Assembly: GCF_009914755.1 (NCBI RefSeq)
Contig: NC_060934.1
Strand: one strand, 5' to 3'
Length of the DNA stretch: 64,000 nt
Source: the human T2T-CHM13v2.0 reference genome, Homo sapiens
This document shows, piece by piece, positions 32,207 to 49,059 of this stretch. Both the position numbers and the translations under genes were made by a program. The notes beneath the pieces are model-generated. The model had not been told where the DNA came from. It saw nothing but the letters and a program-made list of their open reading frames with translations, and searched no databases. Within the stretch, counting starts at the first letter, position 1, and every line of letters starts with the position of its first letter.

Positions 32207-33529
32207 TAGTATGTATAATAGGGTTTAAAAGTGATCGGAGATTAAAGAATTATCATAAAATCCAGAAGTCCATACAATTTCTCTTGCACTTAGGATAGCA
32301 TTTTTTTCAAGTGCTGTTTTATTTGTAGGCACAGAATTTTGGAATGTTAGTAGTAGAAAGAGGTGTATAAATTAATCTAATCCAATCTACTTGGGTTAAG
32401 GATGAAAGCAGATGTCTAGAGAAGTTAAGGCACTTGTCTTGGACCTCAGAGTTAATTACTGACTGAGTTGATAGTTAAGACCATTTCCTGAGTTCAACTT
32501 ACTCTTGTCTCATTTTTTGCTAACCACTGTATTGTGTTTCCTGCCCCTGAGTTTGGTTAAGGGCACCATCTGGGAGTTAGTTTGTTTTCAGCATGCAATC
32601 AAGCTGATTGGCTTTGAACGAGTTATTTACCCCTCTGGCCTTGACATTCTCATCAGAATATGAGAGGACAATATAGAGATTCTTTAAGGCCTCTTTTTAA
32701 TTTTCAACCTTTCTTCATCCATATTTGACAGTTATTTGGTGACGGCCAATTATTTACAAATAAAAGCGATTTGGACTCTTACATTCAGTTTGCCTTCATG
32801 TTTTATTCCAAATGCCACCCAAGTTTGGGCTTCTTTTGGGCATTACTGTATTTTAATCTATACAACCTCATAAGCTTCTCCAGGATTTGTTTAAATTATT
32901 TCTAATTAAAACATGATGGCTTTCTGGGCAGAAATCCTGTCCTTGTACTACAAGGATGTTTGGCAAGGTTATTGTTATTTTTTAAGAGGCTGAAGGAAAA
33001 TTAAATATTTTGCTGAAATATTTTCTCTGGATTATAACGTTGGGACAGAATAGTGCAACATGCTTAGTGTATACTACCTGAATGTTGAAAAAGAGAGCCT
33101 CCATTATTCCTTATTTGGAGAACAGTATAGTATTAACCATTCATTGATTTCAGTGAATACTTTCTCACACAAATTATTCACAATGTGAAGGAAACTCAGA
33201 TCAAGAAAGAAAAGAAATGTATAGAACTATCTTTGTTGAGGATGTAAGAATCTGTCAATTTGGCCTGTGGAGGGTAGGAATTCCAGGAAGTTTCTGAGCC
33301 CTCTCACTTCTCACAAACACTCACATTCCCTTCAAATTCATAGAAAACCATTCTACCCATTTAAATAAACAAGAAATAAGTCTTGCTTATTTCATTCTGG
33401 TTCATTAGGGTTCTTTTCCCATCTACCTGGCTCACTGGAATGTTGGCTGGTTCTACCTTTCAAATGTAGGAGCCTTTCCACATCTAGGTCTGGGTCATGT
33501 AAATAAACAGAAACTTGAATGAAATTCTC

Positions 33530-33828
<299 letters not shown>

Positions 33829-33906
33829 TTATCCTGGCCCAGCACTTTCTTTGGTTTATTTTGCTTTTAATAATCAATTAATATAGTCCATCGAAGACTG
33901 ATTTTG

Positions 33907-34147
33907 GGCTGGGCAGAGTGGCTCACGCCTGTAATCCCAGCACTTTGGGAGGCTGAGGTGGGTGAATCACTTAAGGTCAGGAGTTCAAGACCAGCCTGGC
34001 CAACATGGTGAAACCCCGTCTCTAAAAATATAAAAATTAGCCGGAAATCACTTGAACTCGGGAGGCAGAGGTTGCAGCGAGCGGACATTGTGCCACCGCA
34101 CACTCCAGCCTGGGCAACAAAGCGAGACTCCGTCTCAAAAAAAAAAA
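33907..34147 (+). mobile_element. AluS with deletion in the right monomer
   Basis: TSD ctgattttgg. Confidence 0.93.
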
Positions 34148-34149
34148 GC

Positions 34150-34397
34150 TGATTTTGGCTGTTTATGGAATTTTCAGTCAGTTTGCCAGAGCATCATTTC
34201 CTGAAGTGCTTACAAATAGTCATTTTTTGTCTTTTGGTGTCTGAGAGCCTATTTTAAGAGCATTGCCAAGCGTGGGAAACTAGTATCACTATATTCCAGC
34301 TGTGGAAACTGTATCACTGTCATAATGCACTTGAACTTCCTATGAAAGGATTTCTTAGCGGACATGCTGAGAATTTACTTCGAGGTGTGTACGAAAC
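34150..34397 (+). promoter_or_regulatory. Putative promoter/5'UTR of the candidate MYYDDDEPSEV exon
   Basis: Unique DNA between an Alu tail and the ATG. Contains CGTGGGAA 34271, CAGCTG 34297 and a duplicated GGAAACT(A)GTATCACT. Confidence 0.4.
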
Positions 34398-34430
34398 ATG
34401 TACTACGATGACGATGAGCCTTCTGAAGTG
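34398..34430 (+). CDS. CACNB2: Candidate additional CACNB2 alternative first coding exon (MYYDDDEPSEV)
   Basis: gaaacATG with A at -3, in-frame TGA at 34368, 11 codons, then GTG|GTAAGA in phase 0 (same phase as the beta2b exon). Local CpG cluster. Peptide resembles the beta3/beta4a N-termini. Confidence 0.7.
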
Positions 34431-36968
34431 GTAAGAAACATATACCCATTGACATCTGACATTTTTCATCATTTTTTTAACCATTTCCAAGTTTGTTTTT
34501 AAACTTTCCACTAAAGTGCTTGTTGTCACTAACAGTAATATAAAACAAATAGTATTTTTTTTTTTTCCCTTAGGGACTAGCACAAATGTTGAAATACTTT
34601 GGGACAAAGTTTGAAATGAACACATTTTATAATTATATTATTTTGTTATATGCGGAATTATTTTTTGTGCTTGAACTTGGATTTTAAATAGTTTTCAATA
34701 TCTTCACACGTCTTCTGAAAAGGTATTTTTAAAAGGTTTTATAAGTGTAACTATAGACAGTTTACATTCTTTTTTAAAAAACTTGATTTCCTAGTGAAAT
34801 TATATCTGTTAAATATAGTTAAAAGTAATTGAATTGAGAATTGTATATGTTATAAAACTTTGGATGATTTGTAAATACTTAGTAAACTGTTAGTGAAACC
34901 TCACTGTAAGAAATGTTTCTCTTAAATGTTTAAAAAAGTATTTAAATTAAGAGTATATAACTAATTAGGATTCTGTATTGTTCTCAAGACATAAAATTAT
35001 GTAAAAATTCACATTTATCAATACACATAGCAAAACAGACAGTAAATGTAGTCACCTGTTCCTTGTATGCAAATAAAAGATGAAGCTAAACTTTAAGAGT
35101 TAGGGATACATTTTTGAAATTGTAGAAAGCTATATTAAACCATATACTTCTTTGAAATAGTATATAATTCAATTCAAATTTAATAATTATGTTTCTGCTT
35201 CCTTAATATCTTATTGAATTGTGATGTAATTTAATTTGATTTTAGAAAGACTTAAGAATTCTAAGTTTGACTGTTAAGAAACGAACCTATGTTAAAGAAT
35301 ATATTTTGGCCGTCTGGTCATATTCTACTGAAAACGAAATTCCCTTTTTAGGTGCGTTTGGGGGTACAGTAGAATGAGATTATTTCACTTTTTGTCATAT
35401 GGCCAGGAGGAAAGAAATTTCTTGAAAAGCAACTGAGCTCTCTCCTGTAAACACAGCAAGTTGAAATCGCACAGCTCCTAATTTGGTGTCTTTATTTCAA
35501 TCTTTGGAGTAAGATTATGAACAATAGCTATAATTCCATTCTGAGAGTTAAAAGTTTTCATTGTAAATTTCAAAATGGTCATTTCTACTAATATGGGCAT
35601 TATTTTTCCAAAGACCCACTTCTGTCTCTTGTTTTTCGCCCTCGGGTCACTGGCAATATGGAAAAAAACTTTCAAAAGAGTAGGATATGACTCCATTCCA
35701 GTGTTCCCAGGAACTGAAAGTGATTGCAAAATTATAAGCTTTCAGAATAACACAGAGAAAACTTCTACGAAACAAGTAATGCAGAAATGCATCCAATATT
35801 TAGGCCTTGCTCTCTATTTTTATTGCCTGCATCACATGTGGCTCATACAGAATTTTCAAACTATTTAAGAGTTGCATTTAAGCATATGCTACCAAAAAGG
35901 AAAAAAGTATTTTGAGGAATGGTGTTAACATTTTAGGGAAAGCATTCCTGAAAATGAGTTCCAGGTTTTGTTATTTTTTTAATAAAAGAATGTAAATGTA
36001 TACAGAAATTATTTCCTAGAATGTACTTGAAGGAGTATTTTAGGAATACAAACATTCATTAATTAACCCTCATGTGTTTAAAATATACACCTGTTATATA
36101 TGATTATGCACAAAAGCCAGTTTTTCATGAATAATTTGTGTCTTTTTTACATAATTTCAGAAACCATATGCTCTATAATGAAGAAAAAATATTTAAAGTA
36201 TGTAATCATGTTAAACAGTTACAGCATGAGTCACTCTATTTAAAAAAAAAGAGAGAGAACCAGTCTGCACGTGACAACAAGAACTTAAAGGATCTGGTGT
36301 TCATTTGAAATGTACTGGTAATTTAACATCACTGTAAATTCATTAACTTAGGTCATTCTGGTTATTGAGATCAAATTTGAAATTTTTCTTTTGTTAAGTA
36401 TTCAAATGTTTAAAAGCCCTGTAAACCAGATCAGAGTATTAGGACATAAATTTGAGTGTGTTTATTCCTTAAAATGAGGTCTACATAACTGTTTTAAAAA
36501 TTGCCTCTGGTAATTCTTCTAAGTCTTACAGTAAAATTTGCCAGAGGCGTACTATTTAAATTACAATTAAGCTATCAAATTTAAAAATTACTTTTTCATT
36601 TCTTTTAGTTCTGTTTTTCTCCCCGTGAATCAAATATTGTTTGTGCTACTAATAATTTTTTGTGGATTTGTCATTATTTTTGAATATTTAAAATATCCTG
36701 TACTTTGCTGTAGTATAGGTGGCAGTAGTCTAAACCTTGATCTTTTTAATGCATTCACATCAGGATTTTTATTTTTGTGGGAAGGTAAAAATCATTATTT
36801 TCCCCTAAGGTCAGTGATGTGGTCTTATTTTTAAGAAGAAACATGCATCAATAAGAAACATAAAAATAGGCTGCCTTTGAAAGGACTACTTTATTTAAGA
36901 AGATATATTTCCTTATTGTGTCTTGTTAGAGGGTGGAACTGGGCCATTAGTGGACAAAAGGGATAAGA

Positions 36969-37382
<414 letters not shown>

Positions 37383-37385
37383 TCA

Positions 37386-37550
37386 ACACTGTCCAATAGA
37401 AGTTTCTCTGATAATGGCAATGTTTATATCTGCACTGTCCAATATGGTTGCCACTAGCCCTGCCTGGTTATTGAGCACTTGAAATGTGGCAACTAAACAA
37501 TTGAATATTGAGTTACATTTAAATAGCCACACTTGTGGCTTCTACTAGAC
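37386..37550 (+). mobile_element. MER3-like hAT MITE
   Basis: ctgtccaatagaa...ctgtccaatatggt.gccactagcc...ttgagcacttgaaatgtgg. Confidence 0.8.
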
Positions 37551-37639
37551 TCCTTTCTGTACAAAATGTGCTCCCTGCACCAGGAGTGCCGGCATTACCG
37601 TGGAGCTTGTTAGGAATGCAGTCTCAGAAACCACATCTT

Positions 37640-37957
<318 letters not shown>

Positions 37958-38544
37958 TAACAAGAACCCCAGGTGAATTAATAAACTCATTACCATTTAG
38001 AAGTCCTCATAGGGCTGGGGAGCAGCCTTGTAGAGCTCATGCTTACTTAAAATTTCCATCATTCTTTAGGCATTAAAAAAGTAATCCAAGCTTACATATC
38101 ATAATTTTTAAAGTACTCTTTATAATTAAACTTTCTCCCATTGTTGGGCATTTAGGTTGTTTTACACATACACGCAGGCACATATTTGTATAGATACACA
38201 CATATGTGTATATATTTCAACATCTATATCTCGATATGTAAATATAGATAGGTACACATGTATATGTCACATGGTGAACATTCTCTTACCTAAATATTTT
38301 ACGTGCATCTTTTTCTTTCACAAAGATTCCAGAAAAAGATAATTACTGAGTATTTACTTTTAAAAGAGTAATATGTATTCATACACTGCTTTTCAGAAAG
38401 GTTATACTAAATTTAGACTTCCAACAGCCAGCAATGTTTGAGTTCCACTGTATTACTATTATTTAAAAATAGTTATTTGATAGACAAAAATATTATCTCA
38501 TTCTTAAACATGTGCATATTTCTGATTACTGTTAAGTTTACTGT

Positions 38545-40051
<1,507 letters not shown>

Positions 40052-40278
40052 CTGTTTTCATATTTTTAAGCCATATTTCCTTCTTCCTCATTTATGTGTC
40101 CTTGGATAAGTTATTTAAACTATCTGCACTTTACTGTCTTCATCTTAAGTTGCTTTGTAAGGTCGCTGAAGACCAAATGAGTTAGTATATTTCACATACT
40201 GGGAACAGCAGGTGCTGAATAAATTCTTAGCTACTATTACTCTTAGTCCTTGGTATGACTTTTGTCCACTTTCTCAGT

Positions 40279-40460
40279 TGAGTAGCTGAGACTACAAGTG
40301 TGAGTCACCACACCCAGCTTATTTTTTTTATTTTATTTTTTGTAGGAATGGAGTCTCACTATGTTGCCCAGGCAGGTCTGAAACTCGTGGCCTCAAGCGA
40401 TTCTCCCACCATGGCCTCCCACAGTGCTAGGATTACAGGTGTGAGCCACAGCACCCAGCC
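40279..40460 (-). mobile_element. AluJ fragment
   Basis: Left monomer plus part of the right. Confidence 0.9.
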
Positions 40461-40759
40461 CCATATTTCCCTAAAGACTAGCAGAACTCACCTCAGGCTG
40501 CACTGTCAGGAGGTTGTAAAGAAGCCTCTTTTTGAGGGTTCCTATTATCTGTGTTAGAGGCAGAAACTTACCCCTCTCCTTTCATTCATTCACTCAGCAG
40601 GGATTTATTAAACCTTTATGAAATCCAGGCACTGCTTTCTGCTGCTCTGAACTCAATGCTGATTTGTTATTGATTCTACTGCTATATTTTGGTCTCCCAA
40701 ACAAGGTAGGACAGCTTTCCTTAAGGGCCTTCAACCCACCATGATGATAGCAGCTATTA

Positions 40760-40950
40760 TTTATTGAATATTTATGGTAAGGCATTATATTAAGTGATGT
40801 ACATATATTATTCCAAACAATGTTTTTATATGCAAAATTTACAGATGAGGAATTCGAGGCTTAATGAGTTTGAAAAATGTGCCCAAGATCACATAGTTCA
40901 TAAGAGGTAGAACCAGAATTCAAGCTTGGGCCAGCCAACTGCAAAATCCA
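40760..40950 (-). mobile_element. MIR
   Basis: attttacagatgaggaa..gaggct...tgcccaagatcacatag. Confidence 0.8.
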
Positions 40951-41790
40951 AGCCTCTTCATTGCTTTACTCTGTTCCTCCCATGAAGTCACCCTCACAAT
41001 TTCTCATTTGTTCTCTCAAGCCTTTGAGGTTAGCCTAGATGTTCCTTCAGATTTTTCATTAGTATTTTTTTGATTTATATTTAGTTAATGCATAAGATGT
41101 TAGAATTATTAATGCAGTTGCTATGTGATTTGCTTTGGGGGAAGTATTTATCCAGTAGATCTCTACTGAAGACATTGGTGCTTGTACCGGTTCTCTCTCC
41201 AAGACAATACTGATTTCCACACTTCCAAAACAAAGTTAAGATGTAAAAACAGAGAATACAGTGTGGGAGGAAATCTTGAAGACTTGTGTAGAGGAATAGA
41301 AGCAAATGTAAACAAAATAAATAAATTAGCCTCCCTCTTTCACACTCCCATATTGCATTGTAACACTGTACTGATTTAGAGAAAAAATATTATAATTAAC
41401 AGCATATCAGGGATAGATAGAATGGTAGAGGAAGAAGAAGCTATACAGTGATTAAAGACATAAAGTACTGTTTTGATTGAGGTGGAAAAGCCTGCAGAGA
41501 TGATTCACAAAGCTATAACCAGAGCACTGGATGAGCAAGAAAAGATTTGAACATGAGATGTTGCCTCTGAAGTTTCCAGAACAGGGAAGGCTTAGGAGAA
41601 AGTCAGTGGATGAAGAGATGCCAAGTAGACCAGAGGGAAAAATGGAATCACAAGATCACCTTTCAAAGGCCGAAGAGAGAGGGATTGATCCTGAATTAAT
41701 AAGAAAGAGAGGTGTCCCCTGTGATGAGTATAAAGGGGAACAGGTGACCTGAGAGCTGAACCAGAGGCAATATCAAATTAGTCAAGGCAA

Positions 41791-41925
41791 GGCCGGGTAC
41801 AGTGGCTCATGCCTATAATCCCAGCACTTTGGGAGGCTGAGGCAGGAGGATAGCTTGAGCCCAGAAGTTTAAGACCAGACTGGGCAGTATAGTGAGACCC
41901 TGTCTTTATTTTTTAAAAAATAGAA
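41791..41925 (+). mobile_element. FLAM
   Basis: TSD aaattagtcaaggc. Confidence 0.92.
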
Positions 41926-42371
41926 AATTTAAAAGAAATTAGTCAAGGCTAAGGTGGTGTAATCTGAATAATCTTTTGAAGTCCTTTGTCACCTAGATAG
42001 GCTTTTTGTATTCTCCACAGTAGTTCAACACTCTGCATGATGTATGTAGCATTTCATGTCCTGTGCAACAGCAGAATCACAATGTAGCACTAAATGCCAC
42101 TTTCCTTATGCACACCCACTGTCCTTAATGTGTTACTTAGCATCAGCTCTATGCATAGGGTACAGCCTCCTTCCCAGTTTTCAGATAAAGAAACTCAGCC
42201 TTAGAACTGTAATGTAATTTGTCCAGTAGCCCCTAGACTCTCAGATTTAGTATTTGTCAGACTACCCCCTAAAGACAGGGTACTTTAGTAAAAGCAAAAG
42301 CCTGTGTCCCTAAGATTTAGCCTAAGGAGAAAGTTCTACTTTCTCTGTTTGTTAAAACTTGAAAATGCACA

Positions 42372-42696
<325 letters not shown>

Positions 42697-43256
42697 TCAA
42701 TGTGCTAATGGGGATGAAGTCTGTTGTTAAATTCATCATTTTCTAAGTCTTCTGAGAGGTAGTATTTACTCTTTGGATTGAGCTTTCAGACCTATGCATT
42801 GGGAAAATGTCAGGCCATTTAAACTAGAAAAAGTAGCTTTTAATTGATGAAGACCTTTGTATTTATTTTCCCTGAGTAGCCTCTTGTTCCTTAAAACCGG
42901 GAAATAGAAGGCAATATTTGTCACAAAAATACTTCTAGCAAGCAATTGAAAATTTAATTTTTCTAGGACCCTTATTGGGGTTGTGCAGGAGCCCATTCTC
43001 TGAGTGACATCTCTGATAATCGTAGGCCTGAGCATGTTTATTCATACATCTGAAGCCCAGAGAGCAAATGCCTGAACAAATGGTATTGCCTGTGTCTACA
43101 GTTGAAGGATGGTTCAATGTTACCAGTTTGTTGATACGCTGAAAACCACCAGGAAATTGCCTCCAAATACCTTTGACATAGATTTGGACAACAGAAATAT
43201 TTTTACATCAGTTGAGGTAACTGGATTTAATCACTGGATTAAAAACCACCTTTACT

Positions 43257-44490
43257 AACCACTATAGAGAACAGATGGAGGTTGCTCAAAAAACTAAAAA
43301 TAAAGCTACCATATGATCTAGCAATCCAATTTCTGGATATATACCCAAAAGAAAGGGAATTAGTATTTGGGAGAGATATTTGCACTCCCATGTTTATTGC
43401 AGCACTATTCACAGTAGCCAGGATTTGGCAGCATCTTAAATGTCCATCAGCAGATGAATGGATAAAGAAAATGTGGTACATTTACACAGTGGAGTACTAT
43501 TCAGCCATAAAAAATCAGTTTCTGTCCTTTGCAGCAATATGGATGAAACTTGAGGTCGTTATGTTAAGTGAAATAAACTAGGCACAGAAAGACAAATTTC
43601 TCATGTTCTAGCTTCCACTTATTTGTGTGAAGCTAAAAATTAAAACAATTGAATTCATGGAGATAGAGAGTAGAAGCATGTACCAGAGACTGGGAAAGGT
43701 TGTGGTAGGGGCAGGCATTGGGGGACAAGGGGATGGTTAATGGGTACCAAAAAATAGTTAGAATGAATAACACCTAGTCTTTGGTAGCACAACAGGATGA
43801 CTATAGCCAATAATTGTAAGAGTTAATGAAAGAGGAAAGAAACACAAAATGTGGCTGGACAGTTAAAGAGAGAATTATTTTAGATAAAATAAACTTGAGA
43901 GGGGCTTCTGGCCAATTTTGGTCAGGAGCACTTTCTCTTACAGGCTTAGAGTGGTTTTAGGGTGAGGAGGCTTATCACAAGCTTAGAATGTTTCTGTGTG
44001 AGGGAGAAGTTTTATGGTGGGGTTGGACTATCTCTGCCTAGAGGGGAGGTTATCTTGGGGCAGACATCTTTCCAGCTCGGAGGAGGGTTATCTTAAGGCT
44101 GGCATCTTCCCAGAGGGTTTATCTCAGGGCTAGCATGTCCCCGGTCAGGGAGGAGTTTGGAATGTTTCTGCTGGGAGATGTTATTTGGTTTATAGTCATG
44201 CTGACCTTAGCCATTAGGCTGATGCCCTTTGGATTTAGGCAGTTTTTGATTACGGTGAACTTTAGAATGAGCGGCTTGTCCAAGATGGCGATGTTCCTGC
44301 TCTGTCAATAATAATTTAATTGTAAATTTTAAAATAACTAAAAGAGCATAATTGAATTGTTTTTAACCCAAAGGATAAATACTTGAGGTAAGGGATATTC
44401 CATTTACCCTGAAGTGATTATTATATATTGCATGCCTGTATCAACATATCTCATGTACCACATAAATATATACACCTGCAAAAAGAAAAC
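43257..44490 (+). mobile_element. L1MA-like 3' end split by a solo LTR
   Basis: ORF2 C-terminal peptide ([36 protein letters not shown]) and L1MA 3'UTR that resumes at 44308. Confidence 0.92.
43815..44307 (-). mobile_element. Solo ERV LTR (ERVL-type, LTR32-like)
   Basis: TG...CA ends, 5-bp TSD ATAAT, sense start TGACAGAGCAGGAACATCGCCATCTTGGACAAG; subfamily tentative. Confidence 0.85.
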
Positions 44491-44722
44491 CAAAAACCAC
44501 CCGTTCTAAGATACCAGTTTAAGTGTAAATAATTTTAATTAGTGGGTATGTGAGAAGGGGAGGAGATTTCTTGTACTACATAGATGGCTTCTAAAGTTAA
44601 ACTCCTCCATTACGTTTATAGAAAGAAGAATTGGAGTAAGGAATGACTTGATACCAATATTACCAATATGTGTATTGACATCTTGTGAGCTATATAATAT
44701 TATGTCTGGTGTATCCTGTAAT

Positions 44723-45048
44723 ACAGAGGTTGACAAAGTTTTTCTGTCAAGGGCCATGTAGTAAATATATTTGGCTTTGAGGCCATAAGATCTGTGTTGC
44801 AACCACTCAGTTCTCCATAAAAGCAGCCATGAACAATTCGTACAAGACTAAGTGTGGCCATGTTCCAATAAAATTGTATTTAGGGACACTGAAATTTGAA
44901 TTTCATGTAATTTTCGCAACATGAGATGTTCTTCTTCTTTTGATTGATTTCAACTACTTAAAAATGTGGACATCATTCTTAGCTCAAGAACCATACAAAG
45001 AGGCAGTGGATCAACTTAGGCCCATGAGCTATAGTTGGCTGATCTCTG
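44723..45048 (+). mobile_element. MER58B-like hAT MITE
   Basis: Same motif series as 6971-7300. Confidence 0.8.
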
Positions 45049-45780
45049 ATATAGTCTGTGTGGTTAGAGCGGGGAAGGTATTTTTATACCAGCAAAAACG
45101 TTATGCTTTCTCCACAAGCCTGGTATAAAAATTGGGAATGCGCTACAGATGCCACTTGGTAGAAAGCTGTTTTATTAAGGTTTCTGAAAATTAGACTTGC
45201 CAACACAAACATTAACCTTCGCTCCCTTTATTCAGATGTTACATTTAAATTTTTACCCAGACCTGGGAACTGAGTAAAATTATAATTATGATAGACACAG
45301 GGCCCTTGAACTCTTTCTTTTGGCTGTTTTGAAAGGTCGTTGTCTTCATGTTAATTAGGAGCCAGGAACATTCTGCTTCAGCTGCTTGTTGGGAAGGCAT
45401 TATCATTAGGGAAATGATCTAATCAAGAGTTTGCATGGGAGGTGGGGTGTGGGCCTGGAGGCTAGGAAACCTGAGAGGTTGAATTACAGGGACACGCAAC
45501 TGATAATTATAATAAACTTCTCCCTAGACCTGAATGCACAGCTTGGAACCTGTCAGTTTTCACATTGGAATTATTATACTCAACCAATGACAGTGTATTT
45601 GGTGATATGTCAACATTTTCATTCTGAATGAGTGTTAATTGGGTATTTTAGTGCTTGAAATTATTTGTTACCAAAAACACTGACACAGCCTGACATTCTC
45701 TGCTTTTTATAATTCTGTAGCACCTATAAAATTTCTTTCTCTAGATTTAATTGCTTTATACAAAATATGTACGTCAATTA

Positions 45781-46122
<342 letters not shown>

Positions 46123-46534
46123 TTAAGTATGCCTAAATCAGCCATTCACAGGTCAGGGGGTTCTGAAAGGGGCTCTTCAGAATTATAAACTTCAATTTTA
46201 AAACCAAAAATTACCTCCCTTCCTCTTTCTGCTCCCAACTCCTTAGAACAAATTTGAGTTGAGTGCCTGCCAGCCCAGGGCTGTTCTAGGTGCTGGGGGC
46301 CAACAGCACAGACCAGTGTTCCAAAGCCAGGAACCCGGGCTTTCTTCCAGCAGACTTTTATTGTAATGCATCCATTTGCTTACTAGAGAGAATTTCTTCT
46401 GTGTGTCAGTTTTTTATTGTAAATTTTGAGGCTTACTCTTGAGTTCTCCACCTGAAATCAAATTTGGCTTTGTCTTTTCTTAAAAATTATTTTATTGTGG
46501 CAAAACATACATAATATAAAATTTGCCATTTTAA

Positions 46535-46858
<324 letters not shown>

Positions 46859-46990
46859 CCATTTTAATCACTTTTAAGTGTACAGTTCTACAGCACTAAT
46901 CCATCACATTGTCGTACAACCATCACCACTACCCATTTCCAGAACATTTTCGTCTTTCCTGGCTGAAACTCTGTGCCCATTAAGCACTAA

Positions 46991-47436
<446 letters not shown>

Positions 47437-47767
47437 TAATGTCTTCAAGATTTATCAGAAACTTTACATTCTTAAAAAGTTTTTTCAATGTAAATTTTTA
47501 GTTTTAATTCAATCAGGTTAAAGGTCATATCTCAAGAATGAACAGTGTTCCTCATTCCTTCTTAAAATATTTTTAAAATGTTTTTTGAACCACCAAATGG
47601 CATTTTCATTTTGTTTTTTCTTAGCAAAAAAATAAAAATTAAAAGGTCTTATTGGTTGAAAACCCTTGAATATTACAGTCTAACTACGAGAACCAAAGTA
47701 CATTCTTTGCATAGGGGTCAGGAACTATTTTAAGAATAAATTCTTCTTTACTTTCTAAAGTAAATGA

Positions 47768-48142
<375 letters not shown>

Positions 48143-48571
48143 TAATATTCTTAATTTTTCAGCGCATTAAAGAAAAGATGAATAGGAAAGGAGATAAATA
48201 ACATCCCAACTGGGGGATCCTACTTTTAAAGAAAATGTGTAGACTTTTCACCATGCGATCCTCATACAATCTTGATCTTATATTAATTAGCATATTTCCC
48301 CTATGTGCGGAAATCTGTAATGCCCTTCCTCTGTGGTGGGCTGCCTTGCTTTGAAAACACCACCAGGAGCCCCTCTGAAGAATGACAGCAGCAGGTGTTC
48401 TGAGAGAAAGTAGTGAGATGGACAGAGCTGTGGATACTAACTGCAGAGACCAAGTCTCCAGACACAGGGCCAGCTGGGGAAATTCTACTGCTGGCTGCCA
48501 TTCCTTGGTTCTGTTGTCAGTAATCACAGGTCACAAGCCTCGCCTCTCCTGCCTACTAGATGGTTCATTTT

Positions 48572-49059
<488 letters not shown>

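Noticed and set aside
34342-34430. Longer alternative frame MKGFLSGHAENLLRGVYETCTTMTMSLLK as the CACNB2 N-terminus
   Set aside because: It meets the donor in phase 2, incompatible with the phase-0 junction defined by the beta2b exon.
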